Below, one piece after another: positions 39,101 to 54,023 of a stretch of 64,000 bases of DNA. Within the stretch, counting starts at the first letter, position 1; each line of letters starts with the position of its first letter. Source of the stretch: Dipteris shenzhenensis (taxonomy: Eukaryota); the NCBI GenBank assembly GCA_047967505.1, contig CM106538.1; one strand, written 5' to 3'. The translations under genes and the position numbers were made by a program. The notes beneath the pieces are model-generated. The model did no database searches, was not told the origin of the DNA, and was given only the letters and a program-made list of their open reading frames with translations.

Positions 39101-42100
39101 CTCTCTCTCTACACACAGCTAGGGCCCAGGACAACATGTCCGGCTGGCCCCCCCGAAGGTATTTTATTTCTTAAAGAGAGAATCTGTTACAAGAGTTCAG
39201 CGTAGAGCTACCTAGTACATGAAAAATCCAACGTGAATCCATATTACAAGAGCTTCAAGCTCGTTCCAAATTGGCAACATGCCACTTGTCTAAAATCTAG
39301 ACTAAGTCCCATTACATGCCACTAAGGGCAACTCTGGAGTCTTCGAAGCACTTGGTCACGAGAACCGCCTCCTAGATGCTTGTTAGGCTCCCGTAACGCT
39401 TAGGAAAATAACTCTTCCTAGTACCTACAACAATTAATTAAAGCGCACCACCATGGCACCCATTAATTGTTAGCGCTTTGCATGCAAATAACACACTGTG
39501 GACTAGTTCTAGTCAAGGTGGGCGTCCCCACTGAACACATGTGCACGCATAACAAATATAGTATATATATTTATTCTCTTGTTGACCGAAGTCAACGCTC
39601 TTGATCATGATTAAGGGGCTTTGACCAAGGGTCGAGGCGCCTTAATTATAGCCAAGTCTCTCCAACCGAAGTTGGCACATCTTGGTTAACCCTCTTGGCG
39701 CATGCCAAGTCTCGTTGACCGAAGTCAACACTCTCTGACCGTAGTCAGCTCTGTAGTTCTCTGGTTAACCGCAATTAACCCTCTTGGTAATAAATCAAGT
39801 CTCCCCGACCGAGGTCAGGTTTACTTGACTAGAGTCAAGTATCTTTGACCGTATTCAATTCTTTGACCATTAAAAGAACTCTTTGACCATAATTAACACA
39901 TATAAAACTCTTTAATTATGATCAAATAAATGGTCAATTGTACTTTGACTTAGGATATTTACATTGTGGTGACATCCCCTCGGCTTCTATTCAGTTGACC
40001 TCAACTGAAAAGCTTCCTTGTAAACATCCAAAAGCTGTGGATGATCGAATAACATGTCTTCGTCCATCCACTTGGCATCTAATGCCGTATAATTCTTGAA
40101 TTTTACAAGATACCTGTAAAACTCCTTGCCCTGAGGGCCTTTGCGTACAGTATGGTACACAATCCCTCCGGATCTTTTAGTCTCTCTTGCCACTCTAGTT
40201 GTTTCCAATGGGGCCTCCTCTTCCTTGGCCTCAACGGGGGGTAGGACAGGGCTGCTCTGTGCAACACCTTCTTTGCCAGCTTCCTCATCTTCGTTGTCTG
40301 CACATAGTCCCATAGTGGGACAGCCCCTGTATTAGGATTTATAGAGGGTGGGGCCGTGGAACTACATGGAGATAATCTCATCATGAGCTGCTGCTGCTCC
40401 TCCCCGATCCTTGCTGCCCTCCTCTATCAGCCTCTCCCTCTGCTAGCCTCTCCTCCCTCTCCCTCAGCCCCCGCCGTCTCTCCCTCAACACTCCTCTCTC
40501 CTCTCAGCTGCGATATCAGCAAAATGCCTGATAAACGTTCTGTAGTAAGAACACAAGCCTAGGAAACTTCGAACTTCATGCACAGTTTTCAACTCTAGCC
40601 ATTCCTGAATGGCACGGATCTTTGCTGGGTCCATCTGTATCCCATTCTTGGATATTATATGCCCCAAATAATGGATTTCTTCCAGGAAGAATTCACTTTT
40701 CTTGCTATTTGCATAGAGCTGATGATTTCTTAGCTCTTGAAAAACTATAGCAAGATGTTCCTTGTGCTCTTCTTCGGACTTAGAAAAGACAATTATGTCA
40801 TCGAAGAAGATACCAGTGAACTGTCTGTAGGGTCGGAAGATACGATCCATCATCCTGTTGAAGGTAGCTGGGGCATTGGTCAATCCAAAAGGCATCACCA
40901 GATATTCATACAACCCAAAAGTGGTGCGGAACGCTGTCTTGTGTACATCTTAAGGTTGTATCCTGACTTGATGATAGCCACTCTTCAAGTCTATCCTACT
41001 GAAAATTGAAGCTCCATTTAACTGATCCAGTACATCATCAATGTGCAGAATAGGGAATCTATTCTTGATGGTCATTTTGTTCAATGCGCGGTAATCGACG
41101 CACATACGAAATGAACCATCTTTCTTCTGTACTAGCAGTACATGGGAACAAAAAGGAGAAGAACTAGGCTGAATCAACCCCTTGGACAACAAGTCCTGCA
41201 CCTGAGTCATAATCTCCTCGCTGAGTTGCACTAACTTTGTATGGGGGCCGCCTATTGGGTGGCTCGCTACCAGGCATTAACTCTATTTAATGATCTTCTG
41301 GTCTCTCTGGGGTTAACTCCCCTGGCAAAGCATCGGAAAAGCAATCTTTAAAGTTTACAAGAAACTGAAACTTATCTTTGTCTGCATCATTCATTTCAGC
41401 ATGCATATCATTCTCTTTTTCTTTTACAAAAACCATGTACGCGAAAATTGCAGACTTTATTGCTTTACCACATGTAACATCATATACAATGGGGATAGTC
41501 TTCCCTTTATTCCTAGCAACTAAATGCTGGTTTTTCCCCCTATGCACAAACTCCAGCACTCTTTCAGGAAGAGTCAACTTCACTGCCTTGCGATGAAACC
41601 AAGGCATTCCCAAGACTACATCATGATGTTTCAGTGGAGAAATGAAGAAGTCTTCCTGATCCACATAACTCTGTACATGAAGACGGAGCTTTCCTATCAA
41701 GGGAGTGACTGGCACAGGATTCCCACAGAACATCTAATTGGCATCCAAAGCCCTGCCCAACTCCTCCGTCTTTATTCCCAGCCTCAGGGCTAGGTCCGCT
41801 TATATGAAATTATCCGTAGCCCCTGGATCAAATAAAATTAGCGCTTGCTGGTCTCTAACTTTGCCCCATGATAGCAGCAATTCTCGTTCTTCTGGGTTTG
41901 AAACATGACCCGGTATGTCAGGAATTCCTCCTGCCATTGGCTTTTGCCGTCCCCATGGCTTCTCTGCCTCTTTTCCCTTCGAAGTTGAAGGCTTTTCTGG
42001 GCACTGGGCAGCCACATGTCCCTCTTTGCCGCACTTGAAGCATTTCCCATCTCTACGGAATTCAGCTATCTGTTCAGAGGTGAATGGAGATATGCCTTTA

Positions 42101-45100
42101 TATGACTTTGAAAACTGAGTACCCCTCGGCTTCTGAGGCTGAAACCCTTTCTTTTCAACCTTAGGATACTCTTTCTTTTTTGATTTTGAAAAATCATTTT
42201 TCTTTCTTTCGGCACGTCCTGCATGCAAGGATAGTACCGTGGATGGATCTTGTAACGGCACAAGACTAGCTACTGAAGCTGAATGCATAAGGTCTTGAAT
42301 GTTCTTTGCCCCCAAAGCATTCACTACTGCCTGGATTCTTGGACTGAGACCTACTCTGTACTTTCTCATTTGGGTTCCTTTGGTGGAGATCTTTTTGGTG
42401 CAACCTGCAAATAAGCATCCCAAAACTTTTGGTTGTACACATCCACTGTATCTCCTGCATCCATATGCAAACTGTCCCAATATTGAAGAACATGATCTCT
42501 AAACTATCTAGGCATAAACTTCTGGTAGAAGGCTTTCTTGAAGTCCTTCCACTTCTTTGGGGCTGACCCATCTGTGGTCTGTGCACTCCACCATGCACTA
42601 GCTGTCGCTGTCAAGTGCAAACTGACCATTCTTAACTTGGAGGATTTTGAAAACTTTTCTGTACCGAATGCACCATCAAACTGCCTCATGAACTGCAATG
42701 CTTTGTCTGTATGACCATACTGTCCATTGTAGGTCATAAAGTTGACAGATTTACCTCCCTCTTTGAATTCCTTGGTCTCTCTGGAAGACTTACTCTTCCT
42801 CGACTTCTTGTGTTTCCTTCTTTTCCTTGATGGTTTATTTGATAAAGAAGAAGATACAGAGGTCGAACTTGAGGTAGACGGTGAAGGACTAGGAGATCGG
42901 TGACGATGCCTCGATCTCTTCCTGCTATGAGACCATCCCCTATGAGATCTCTCTTTCTCTGGCTGTACACGAGAGTGTGCCTCTGGCATTGGCACGTCAT
43001 ATGCTGCATTAGGCATAGCTTCTGCTTGAAACAAATGCTGAGCCCTTAGATCGTTTTTGAGATTTTCCATCTCTTGTATACGAGTGCGTACCATCTGCTC
43101 AAATTCTTGCTGAGTTTGCTGCACACTTCTCTGTCTTAGATGTACATCCCTATCTTGTGAATCCCACTGGATAGGTGATTGAGCCATTTTCCTACAACTC
43201 GTCTGAGATCTGCAAGTTTCTCACACACACACTGTGTATGCAACTGATGCACACTTCCTTTGCTTTTCAAATAGACAATTTACCTCAACAAGAGGTGTCT
43301 TGCATTTACAATCTATGCCAGTACTAGGCTGTCAGCTCAAGGCATATACCCACAAAGTTGCCAAGGCATCAATAACTATATTGTCCCTTTTCTGGCTGTT
43401 GCAGAAAGCACTCACAATGCATCTGATTCCTTTTTTCTGAACACAAAGGCATGCATTTTCTCTTTTTCTGCAAATCTCTGATTTTTCCTCTGATCTCTGC
43501 TGTTTCTCACAGTAGATACTTTCTCAGATAAGTGAAAACTGTTAGCAGAAACAGTCTCTGCAACTGGTTTTTTTTTTTTTTTGAACAGTAACAAGATGAA
43601 GTAACTGACTGGTTACTCTAACCAGACTAACTGGCTCTAGTCTGGTTAGATGAACAACTAGTTAGTCTGTGACTAAACTCCAACCAGATGAACTAAATAC
43701 AGTTAGGTGGACCAAGACTACACCAACCAGTTTGGTTTGGTTTGCCCACTAACTGAACATCTAACCAGCGTCGAGCTAACCATGGTTAGTCTAACCATTG
43801 GTTTGCCATCTCAGCAGTCCAGCTGGCTGCCACATCAGCAGCTGCCTATCTGCCACGTGTCAGTGTCACATCAGCTTCCTGTCAGCCCTGCCACATCAGC
43901 ACCTACCACGTGTCAAGGCCACGTCAGCTGCATGCGCTGCCACATCATCATTGCACGTGTGGACGCCACATCACCTGCTGACTGCCACGTCATCATCTAC
44001 GTGTCATTGCCACGTCATCTGCCTTGCTGGCACCCTGGCCACGTCACCAGAATCCATGTATGCCTAAGGCTGGCTGGCTGGCTGGCTGGCTGGGCAGCGC
44101 TACGCGTCACGCTTGCGCCTTCTAGAGTCCTCTGTCGCGGGGCTTCTGTTAGTGCAGCCCGACCACCGTCAAGCAACGGAACTGCGCCATGATCTGCTTG
44201 CCTGTCATGTCAAAACGCATGAAGGCATCGGTTATCCTTTCTAGCCCTCCGGCCAAGGCGCCAAGCAATTGTCTGCACAAGCATCTCCGTCGCACATGGA
44301 CTCCAATTAATTTGCCTTCATCAAACACATCGTCACGCAACGCAAATATTTAGTGATTGCGCTAAACGTGAGCTGCCTGGTGTTTCACCATTTTGTCATC
44401 GATTGTGTTCATCAGGTCGTCAATCTCTGACAAAAGCTTCGTGCTGTTGTCTGCTCTGGGCAATGTATCCTCGTTCATAATAGACAGCAAATACATTCTC
44501 AGTCCAGAGATAGATAGGGACAAAGCTTAAGCGTGGTTCTTTGGACCGTCACCGCTTAAGAAAGCCATGAGTCTGGCTCTGATACCAATGTAATCCTCCC
44601 TCGTAAAATACAGCAGAGACACTCTCATTTCTTTATGCGATCGCTAGCTCTCTCATGGAACCTCACGCTCCTGATTTACTGTAGAAACACTCTCATAAGA
44701 GCTCTCTCTCTCTCTCTCTCTACACACAGCTAGGGCCCAAGACAACATGTCGGGCTGCACCCCCCCGAAGGTATTTTATTTCTTGAAGAGAGAATCCGTT
44801 ACAAGAGTTCAGCGTAGAGCTGCCTGATACATGAAAAATCCAACATGAATCCATATTACAAGAGCTTCAAGCTCATTTCAAATTGGCAACATGCCACTTG
44901 TCTAAAATCTAGACTAAGTCCTATTACATGCCACTAAGGGCAACTCTGGAGTCTTCGAAGCACTTGGTCACGAGAACCGCCTCCTAGATGCTTGTTAGGC
45001 TCCCGTAACGCTTAGGAAAATAACTCTTCCTAGTACCTACAACAATTAATTAAAGCGCACCACCATGGCACCCATTAATTGTTAGCGCTTTGCATGCAAA

Positions 45101-48100
45101 TAACACACTGTGGACTAGTTCTAGTCACGGTGGGCGTCCCCACTGAACACATGTGCACGCATAACAAATATAGTATATATATTTATTCTCTTGTTGACCG
45201 AAGTCAACGCTCTTGATCATGATTAAGGGGCTTTGACCAAGGGTCGAGGCGCCTTAATTATAGCCAAGTCTCTCCAACCGAAGTTGGCACATCTTGGTTG
45301 ACCGTGGTTAACCCTCTTGGCACATGCCAAGTCTCGTTGATCGAAGTCAACACTCTCTGACCGTAGTCAGCTCTGTAGGTCTCTGGTTAACCGTAGTTAA
45401 CCCTCTTGGTAATAAACCAAGTCTCCCCGACCGAGGTCAGGTTTACTTGACCAGAGTCAAGTATCTTTGACCATAGTCAATTCTTTGACCATAATTAACA
45501 CATATAAAACTCTTTAATTATGATCAAATAAATGGTCAACTGTACTTTGACTTAGGATATTTACATTGTGGTGACAAGGTGATTGGGTTTATCTGAGGAT
45601 CATGAAGAAGAGGCTCAAGCTGATTGAAACGAAGTGTCCAAAGCTCTCGTATTAGTGTATGGGCCCCTTTCCAATCATATAGTCATTTCCATGAAGCTTT
45701 GGTTACCAACCAAATGGATAATGCATCTGATGTTCCATGTTTCTTGGCTTAAGTCACGTAGGACCAGTTTTAGCAGCCGTATTAGACGTGGAGCAGCACG
45801 AAAAACTAAAGGAAGACCTTTCTTCCACTGGCGGACCTACGCTCTAGAGGGCCAATCGCTTGGCAGTTGAGCAGGCTGTTCCCTTGCATACCCGAATGTT
45901 AGTGCTGTGGCCTGGCCTGACATGTGGCAGGGTGGCTGGCAATTGGGCGCAGCTCGCTGCTGAAGTGGTTGTAACTGCCTGCATAGTCCAGCCTTTGATT
46001 ACTACCAACCTGATGCTGCTGCATACTGATGGGGCTGTACAGCCGTTGCTGCTTGTTTGCTCTCGCCTACCACATGGCAGCCGCCTATGTGGCTGCTGCC
46101 CTGTTTTGACAACCTGTCAAGGCTGTCTTGACTTTTGAAGCGAGGTCGGATGGCCATGTGGCACGGACCATGCACATGACATTTGAAGTTGAAACAGATA
46201 AGATAAGGTTGAAGGTCGGATGGCCATGTGGCATGGACCATGCACATGACATTTGAAGTTGAAACAGATAAGATAAGGTTGAAGGCCTCCTTGTATGCTG
46301 TAAGCAGGTGTGGATAATTTGTGAAAATATTCATCAACCCATGGTGCCTCATCCCAGCCTTGATGCTGGAACTTGTTGACATACAATCTCTAGCAGTTGT
46401 CAGTACCTCTCTTGACTCCTTGTGACAAGGTTTACTCAGGGGGTGGTAACTCCAGGCCCTTTAAAAGAGGTCTCCTACTCCATTCTAGAGCGTCAGCTTC
46501 ATTGCCTTCAGCTCCATAAGCAAAGGAGCCCACAGCAAGTAATAGCAGAGCAAAAGCAATCATCCTCTCTCCGCTCACTCGACTCTCCAAGGAAGGCTCC
46601 GCCTTCAAAGGAGCGTAATCAGCAGGTTGAGTGAGTCCAAGAAGTTCCTCAGCAGGTCCGCAGGTTCCTCACAATCAGTAGGCACAGCAAGCCTTGGCAA
46701 GCACACTTGGCAAGCAGAGCCTCTTCGAGGCACAACAAGGTTCCGTAGGAGCTCACCAAGGAGGCTTCATCAAACTCAACCTAGTCCCAATCTCGGCATA
46801 AGGGGATGTCACATGCATCTACTCCTAGAATGACACACGCATGCTCCTAAAGCCAAAAGGGTAGATCAAATCTTGCAGGCTAAAACAATAGCAGCAGATC
46901 TGATGTGCCATGGACAGCAAACGCATGTCTGCTACGCATGCAGAGTCCAGACACAACTGCAGAGCGGCTTTTTCAGACTTGGCCTGGGCCTGTCTTCCAA
47001 TATCAACAGCAGCAAGAATCAGCCATGTCTTGTCTCCCAATCAACAAAAGGGCAAACAGCTATTGTTAAAGTCAGCAGAAATAGCCAGTCTGTCCTCTCC
47101 CAGTTGGCCAGCCAGCATGGCTTCAAACAGCTTATAGGAGGAGACTATAAGCCCTCTTCCAATCATCAGCTCTGGTGGCAGCAAGCATCCTTTGGCAAGC
47201 AGTTGTTCAGCCTCTTGATTCAATCCAAGGAGAATTCATCAGTTGTGTTCTTGTACTCCAGAACTGGTGGACATCATCATACTCAGTTATGCTCTTTGCA
47301 CACTTGATGATTGCCAACGCCATCAAGCAAATCTTTCACTGTTCAGAAGCAACGTACATGCATGTGTTGAACACCATAGGTCTAATGTTCTAATGCATGC
47401 AACATGAAGCTGAGGCTAGTTGTGCATCCTCTATAGAGTCAAACAAAATTGGATGGAATAGAGGACACTTCATCCCTTTTGGAGGAATTTGATAGGAGAA
47501 ATGCATATGCATTCATTGATTGTATTGTCAGTGAAAGTGCATATCATGAAAAAACTAAGATGTCAGGAGGCCAAAGAAGCCTTGGAAAATATGGGGACAT
47601 ATCTACTGAGCTTGTGTGGCTCGATTTGAGAAATCTGTTAAATGGGCTTAACGTAATCTTATGATGAAGCATGTCCCCCACATTTCAGATTTTCAGGATT
47701 CGTGACAGTACTGCTGAAATCATTGAGGATAAGCAGCTTTGATTCCTTGTGCAAGCTATTTGTTACTGCCTTGGCTATCGCTTTGAGATATTCTCCCATT
47801 GCATAAGGAGTATCTCAGCAGTTTTGACCCCAATCTCATATGATTAGTTGGCCTTTAATGCAGGACAGATAGTGAAGGAAAACAGGGAATAGCAAGTTAG
47901 ACTTTAAAAAATTGCAATTGTTGTCATTGCAGAGTGAACAAGAGATTGCCAATGAGAAAATAAAGCAGGCACTATTAATGCTAAGGATAATTTTGTTACA
48001 GACAAATCAAATATTCAAAAACACATTAGTGTGCCATTTTTGTATAAAAATGATGATCCTAGCTTGTTTTGGAGGGCCGTGCACACATCTAGGGTCTCTT

Positions 48101-49562
48101 AGCTAATATAGGGCATAGATATACCAAACGTTAGAAATGCTTGATTTGGTACAATTGTATCAGGCTAAAGGTGTTATAGAGGCCCTTATTGAGAGCCTGT
48201 ATGAAATATACAAGTCTTTACAAGCCTTTATGTATGCTTTCAGATCTGTTACATGCGTGTCAAGAATCTACGAGGGTTTAGAAATATGCACCTAAGAGTT
48301 TAAGAGCTGTAAAAACTTTATAATAAATGTATCACACCTCTAACAAGTCACGACTGCTTTGGAAAGATAGAATTATGGTACAATTCTACTATTCAAAAGG
48401 TGAGATTCAATCCAACTATGGGAACTCCTATAGGGCAAAAGGAGATGAAAGGATATGGGGGGAGGCAATCCCACTACTAACAATTACTTCTTTGTGAGGT
48501 TAGGTGGGGAAGTACCATAAAATAGTTTATACCTTTGGCTACACATGATATTCAGGAGTATTCTGGGATATTTAGACCTGCAAGATCTTTCTTATGTATA
48601 GAAAATGAATGCAGAAAACTCGGTTTGAACAATACTGTGTTGCGTTTTGACAGAGTCCTTGTCAACTGAGCTGCCACCCCGAAGTCTCCTGTATAGATGC
48701 ACGAAAAGCCAATGTCAGCAAAATGCCCTACCTTACACATCAGATATGATAAAACAATACGGGATACACAACCAAGGCCTCTAGAAGCTTCACAGTCAAA
48801 GCAAACAACCTACATATTCAAGCAACAGCCACTAGGGATGCTTACCAAGCTTCACCTCCCCTTGTTCTGTGAGTAGAATATTACCACCTTTAATATCTCT
48901 ATGGACCTTGTATATCGAATGTAAGTATGCTAAACCCTGCCAAACAGAACAACAAGAATGTCATGAGAAATCCATGTGAAGAATTAAAATCAAGTACACC
49001 ATTATCCATTCTAAGTGAGCCAACCTTAATCTCCATCTTTGTCTGCAAAGCAAGGTCATAAGTACATCATGTTTGACAGACTGTATTGACACCATACTTC
49101 AGATACTCTACAGATAAACCTGCTGAAAGGCAGCAGTGAAATCTGCCCCACTCCCAGATGCTATCCTAGCATACTCTGAAGTCTGTGGAAGGAATTAGCA
49201 AGCTGCGATGTATACATCCATGGATAGTGGCCTCCTTCTGATCCACATATAATCGGCATGTTCCCTGATTGCAATGCGTGTCTGGAGGTGTGAGCAGAGA
49301 ATAACCGCCATTCCACACAACCCATTCACTCCGCAGGTCTTTGAATGGTGTGTGGACATCAAAGTATACCCATGTACCATGAGTAGCCTCTCTCTGGGAT
49401 CTAGTGCATCTCAGTATATATTATAAGATGTTTGTCTCAGAAAAGTTGCTCGGTGAGGACCACAAGGTCCCATTCCCTTTCCAAAAGGCGAAAGACAAAG
49501 CATTGACTGGAGCAAAAGTGGAAAGGCTGAGTGGAGAGGGCTGAGTGAAGTGGAGAGGCTGA

Positions 49563-49603
<41 letters not shown>

Positions 49604-50417
49604 AAATATTTTTTAACGTCTCTAGGAGGCCTCACGGGCCTACGAGAAAAGGTACACATCAAAAAAAGAAACTACTACATCTAAGGAGAGAGGGAGTGCA
49701 CAAGGCATCTCCTACATAGTGCATAAAGCAGCTCACAGTTATTATAGAGCATACCTATATTCTAGTGCTATCATACTATGACCTTTATTGCATCATTTTA
49801 AGACTGACAGTCTTTGGGCTTAGATTTGATTTCTCTAATCAATCATTGTTCTTCACAGTAGACCGCCCATTTTCCAGCTTTCTTGGCTTCTTTCACTTTA
49901 GTGAGTTCAATAAATCTTTGCTTGAACTGAGTTGCAATGAGTTCTTCAGATATCCATATCTTCGAGCCCTTCAGTTTATGTGTTTGTTGGAGGATGGTGA
50001 CTTTTTCTGCACTTGATATTGGCTAGAAGTCGGGGCAAAAACTGCAACAGACGAGTACAAAGGCCTCATGGGGATGAGCGTCTTGATCTTGGGTGTCTTG
50101 GGCGTCTCCATATTGGCCTGTGCAAACTGGATAACCCCCCTCCTGCGGTAGTTAACCCCCGAGATGGGCTGGGGGGTTTCAGCCCAGCCCAGAGCCCTCC
50201 AACCTGGGGCCTGCTGCTGTTGCTGTAGTATGTACGCAACCCACCCCTACTGTGTGCGACCCAGCTGGCTGTTTTGCCCCCTGTACTGCCCGTTGTGTGA
50301 CCCTCTTGGGACCCGCTGCTGTGCGCGGCAACTGAGCTAGGGCTGGAGCGGCTATTCGCACTTATCTTGCAACCGAAGGTAGCTGCTCCTGCTACACTGC
50401 CTGCCCTTTAGGCTTGA

Positions 50418-50448
<31 letters not shown>

Positions 50449-53400
50449 TTAATTAAAGTCTTCGGAAGACCAACGGATCTATGAGACTGTGAGAATCCTG
50501 ATACAAACAAACTGTGAGGGTGGAGCTACTAAACGAGCATCCACACCAATGCAGAATGCAAAAAGCTAGTGCTAAGTACTAGATAGTCATGTCAGAGTGA
50601 TCGACTACACATCCGTATCATCATCATCATCAGTTCATCCAAGTGGATGAGACGGCGGAAGCATGAAGTCGGCGATAGAGTGTTGTTGGCTGCTCAAGGG
50701 CGTGGTCCTGTGTCGTCTCCTGGTCATAGCTCTGCGCCTAACAAGGGCTACAGTGACCCCTGTCGGTCAAGCTCCCGACTCTGAACAGATAGGGGATATC
50801 CCCAAGTGTAATCTGTGCGTCAATCCTCTGTCTGAGCTGTCGTGTTGCTAGCTCTGAATCCCGATCATGTCGGGGCCTCGTAGTATGGAGGTCCACCTGC
50901 TCTAGCTAGAAGAACTCCGTGATCGAGCTTTGAGAAGGGTCTACCAAGGAGGTGGTCTGCTCCTGTCTCCATGATCGAAGTAGACGCTTGCAGTGCTTGA
51001 CTGCCTCATGGATGAAAGCCGTTAAGCATCTCCGGTCTGGATAGCAGAGAAACTCAAACAACACTTCAGAACTATCTCTGAAGAGGTAGTAGAAGTGTCC
51101 TCGGATCTCATAGTAGGCTAGGCACCTGAAAATGAAATGCTCCTCCGACTCGACCTCCTGTGCGTCACACAATGTGCATGTGCGCCTCTCCCGAGGTAGA
51201 CCCTTTGCCTTATCACTCTCAATGCGCAATCTATGTGAAGAGACCCGAAACTACCCAGTAGAGATCCTCAGTGAGTGGGGTAAGTGGATCTGCGTATATC
51301 CTGGTGGGTCAATGAAACCCTCCTCTGTGATGTGTAAACAATGATCCCTGTAGAAGCTGAGCTTCACTGAACGCTTGCTCAGTCCCAAACAAGTCCAGAA
51401 TGTGTATAGCTGTAAAAGATCCTCGCGGATGATCTGATTGACCTCGTGTGACAAGAGAGGAGAGAACGGCACGTTAATGCTATACTAAAAGGGAGGGAGT
51501 CTGCCCATGTGGAGCCCCAATCGCTCAAACCATCTCTCTGTGCGTGCATACTAGCATCTCTGGTCACCTGCCGCTGAAAGTGCCACAGAAGAGGACAATG
51601 CTAGACCATGATAATCTATTGCGCCCAGAAGTGCAATCCCCGTACCCCTTGATCCGGTATAGGTAGGTGATAACCTGAAATGCTGCATCCAGCTGTAGTA
51701 AGGATGACCCAAACTCAGCCTGAATAATCTAGCAAGGAACGAATAGCTTACCGCGGATCATCCGCGATAGCATGAGAACTTGTAGCCGCTCCACACGAGC
51801 CCACTCTATATCTAATAGATCCCAACCCCCAACAAGGACTGTCGTACATCCCCGCTGGACGAACCAAGGAGTTAAACAGCAATCCCTTGGTCCGCGGATC
51901 CTGAAAGCGTAAGTAGAAGCACTACCTCTCTAATTTGGCCAATGAAGCGTATCCCTTGCTCAAGCGGGCCTACATCGCAGGTCTCATGGTAAAGATAGGT
52001 CCAGAGAAGATAACATCAAGGTATGTATATGACGAAACAATCGCAATAGGTGACCCGTCAAACGTGAACTGCTCCTGGTGCATAACAGCTCGAGATGTAT
52101 TGAAGATCATGACCTTGATTTTAACAAGGTTGACCTTCAAATTATGGGACTCATAAAAGAATTGTAGTGCACCAAGGTGTCTCTGGAGGCCCTCTGTTTA
52201 TGAAGGCAAAAGTGCCACATCATCTGCATATAGCAATATCCAGATTAGCATGCCAACTAGAGAGCATCCATCCCCCCCCGGTGTCTGCATAACTGTCTCA
52301 AGCTCATCAATGTAGAGCCCAAACAAGGTGGGTGATAAAGGACACCCTTGTTTGATCCAAATAGTGCTCATGATCTCCTATGTCCACCCCGACCCTGCTC
52401 GAACTCTGCCTGAGACTCTCTCGTAAAGTGCCATAACGGCCCAAATGATCTCTTGGTCATACCCTAAATCCTGTAGGCGTCGGATAGACGGTCTCTCGGA
52501 ACGCTTTGCGAAAATCCACAAAGCAACAATATACCCTCTGCTTCCGTGACCTCGCATCCTCGATGATACACCTGAGTGTGAGAATGTGATCCATGGTCCC
52601 ATGATCACGTCGGAATCCAACCTGTACAACTGCTCTATGCTCAGCGAATCCACTGACCTCAGAATCAAGTACTGATGCATAAATCTTCGACATGAGATGT
52701 CCGATCATAATGGTCTTTAGTTTTCCAAGCTCATGGGATCCCCTGCCTTGTGGATGGATGAGATAGTGTTGACAATCCAGGTGCGTGGAAACCCCAAACA
52801 AACAGCTTCATTAAAGAGCTTTGCTAAGATCGGGGCTAGGAGATTAATCCCATATGCCATGAATTCAGTGCATGATCTTTCACTCGGCCATTATGGAGTT
52901 TCATCACAGCATCTTTCACACCCCCCTAGTGAAAAGTGTGCAGGATGTGAGGTGAGGTTTGTATGAGAGATCAGGCTCTGGCTGATTTGGGATATCATAG
53001 AGTGTATATGCATAATTATCCCAGACTCGAGTGTCAGTGAGGGGTGAAGGTGACCGCCCCTCTAGAAATCTCTACCAAAAGTCCTTAGAGTTGTTACTAA
53101 ACAGAATATTCAGTAGTTCTTTCTCGTTTCGATGGACAGAATCCAGCTTCTTCCTACATACCAATCGACGATACTCGCGTAGCGCCTCTGGTTTGTTCAC
53201 GAGGTGGTTTTTGGTTTCAAATCTAAGTTGATGGCGTAAAGCCTTGCACTCATCGTACCAGCTATTATAAGAGACGGACCTAGGTGGTGGTGGACGAAGA
53301 GGCTTCGAAACAACCCCCAAATCAGCCCAAATGGGCACTTAGTCCATAGGATAGTTACGACAGGTAGTTAATCTAACCTAACCTAACCATGACTTAGTCA

Positions 53401-53830
53401 AACCTAGTTAGATTGACCTAACCTAACCCCAACTAACTACCTTGACCCAAGGTAACTAAACCTAACCAGCCAACTAATCTAACGTAGCCAAAACAGACTA
53501 ACCTAGGAGTAGGGAGCGTAGGCTAGGCGTAGCGATGGCATAGGCAGAGCGATGGCCAAACGGCTATGATGTGAACAATTGAACGGACTGAGACGTGAGT
53601 AGAGGGGGCCTGAACGACGGGAGCAGAGGTCACAAGAGCAACAGCAGGAGGTGAGGTGACGTGAGCAACAGGAGCAAAGGCGACGGGGGCGACGGAACAT
53701 GAGCAGAGGAGGCATGAATGACGGGAGTAGAGGTGGTTCGAGGCTACTAGTCGTTGAAGAGTCTCAGCACCTCGTAGACCATGGAGGCCGTTGAGCTCGT
53801 TGAGTCGATGGAGTGAATGCCAGTCGCAGC

Positions 53831-53868
<38 letters not shown>

Positions 53869-53976
53869 TATTACCGTCCGCGGGAGGCCTTGCAGGCCTA
53901 TGGGACAAAAGTGCGAAAACAAAGTAAACTCATACAAGCCATAGTGGGCTGGGGTGAAGGGCTCGCTAAGGCCCTC

Positions 53977-54023
<47 letters not shown>

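Larger units (their letters stand above)
38985..45576 (-). mobile_element. Ty3/gypsy chromovirus with both LTRs; RNase H and most of integrase deleted
   Basis: LTRs 38985-39974 and 44589-45576 (TG..CA); TSD agatg/aggtg; PBS 44576-44587; PPT 39975-39987; gag ATG 43187; [29 protein letters not shown]; chromodomain [12 protein letters not shown] (39987-40165). Confidence 0.96.

Noticed and set aside
44576-44587. tRNA-Met gene
   Set aside because: Only 12 nt complementary to the tRNA 3' end next to an LTR, so it is a PBS; the same applies at 20121 and 57921.
46400-48550. Possible host exons or a nested gene
   Set aside because: Only short stop-interrupted frames with no motif I can support; probably old TE debris.
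53340-53500. (CCTAA)n-like run as an interstitial telomere
   Set aside because: Degenerate, not the plant TTTAGGG unit, and similar to ACTAAC-rich tracts in TE leaders at 11200-11320 and 43600-43800.
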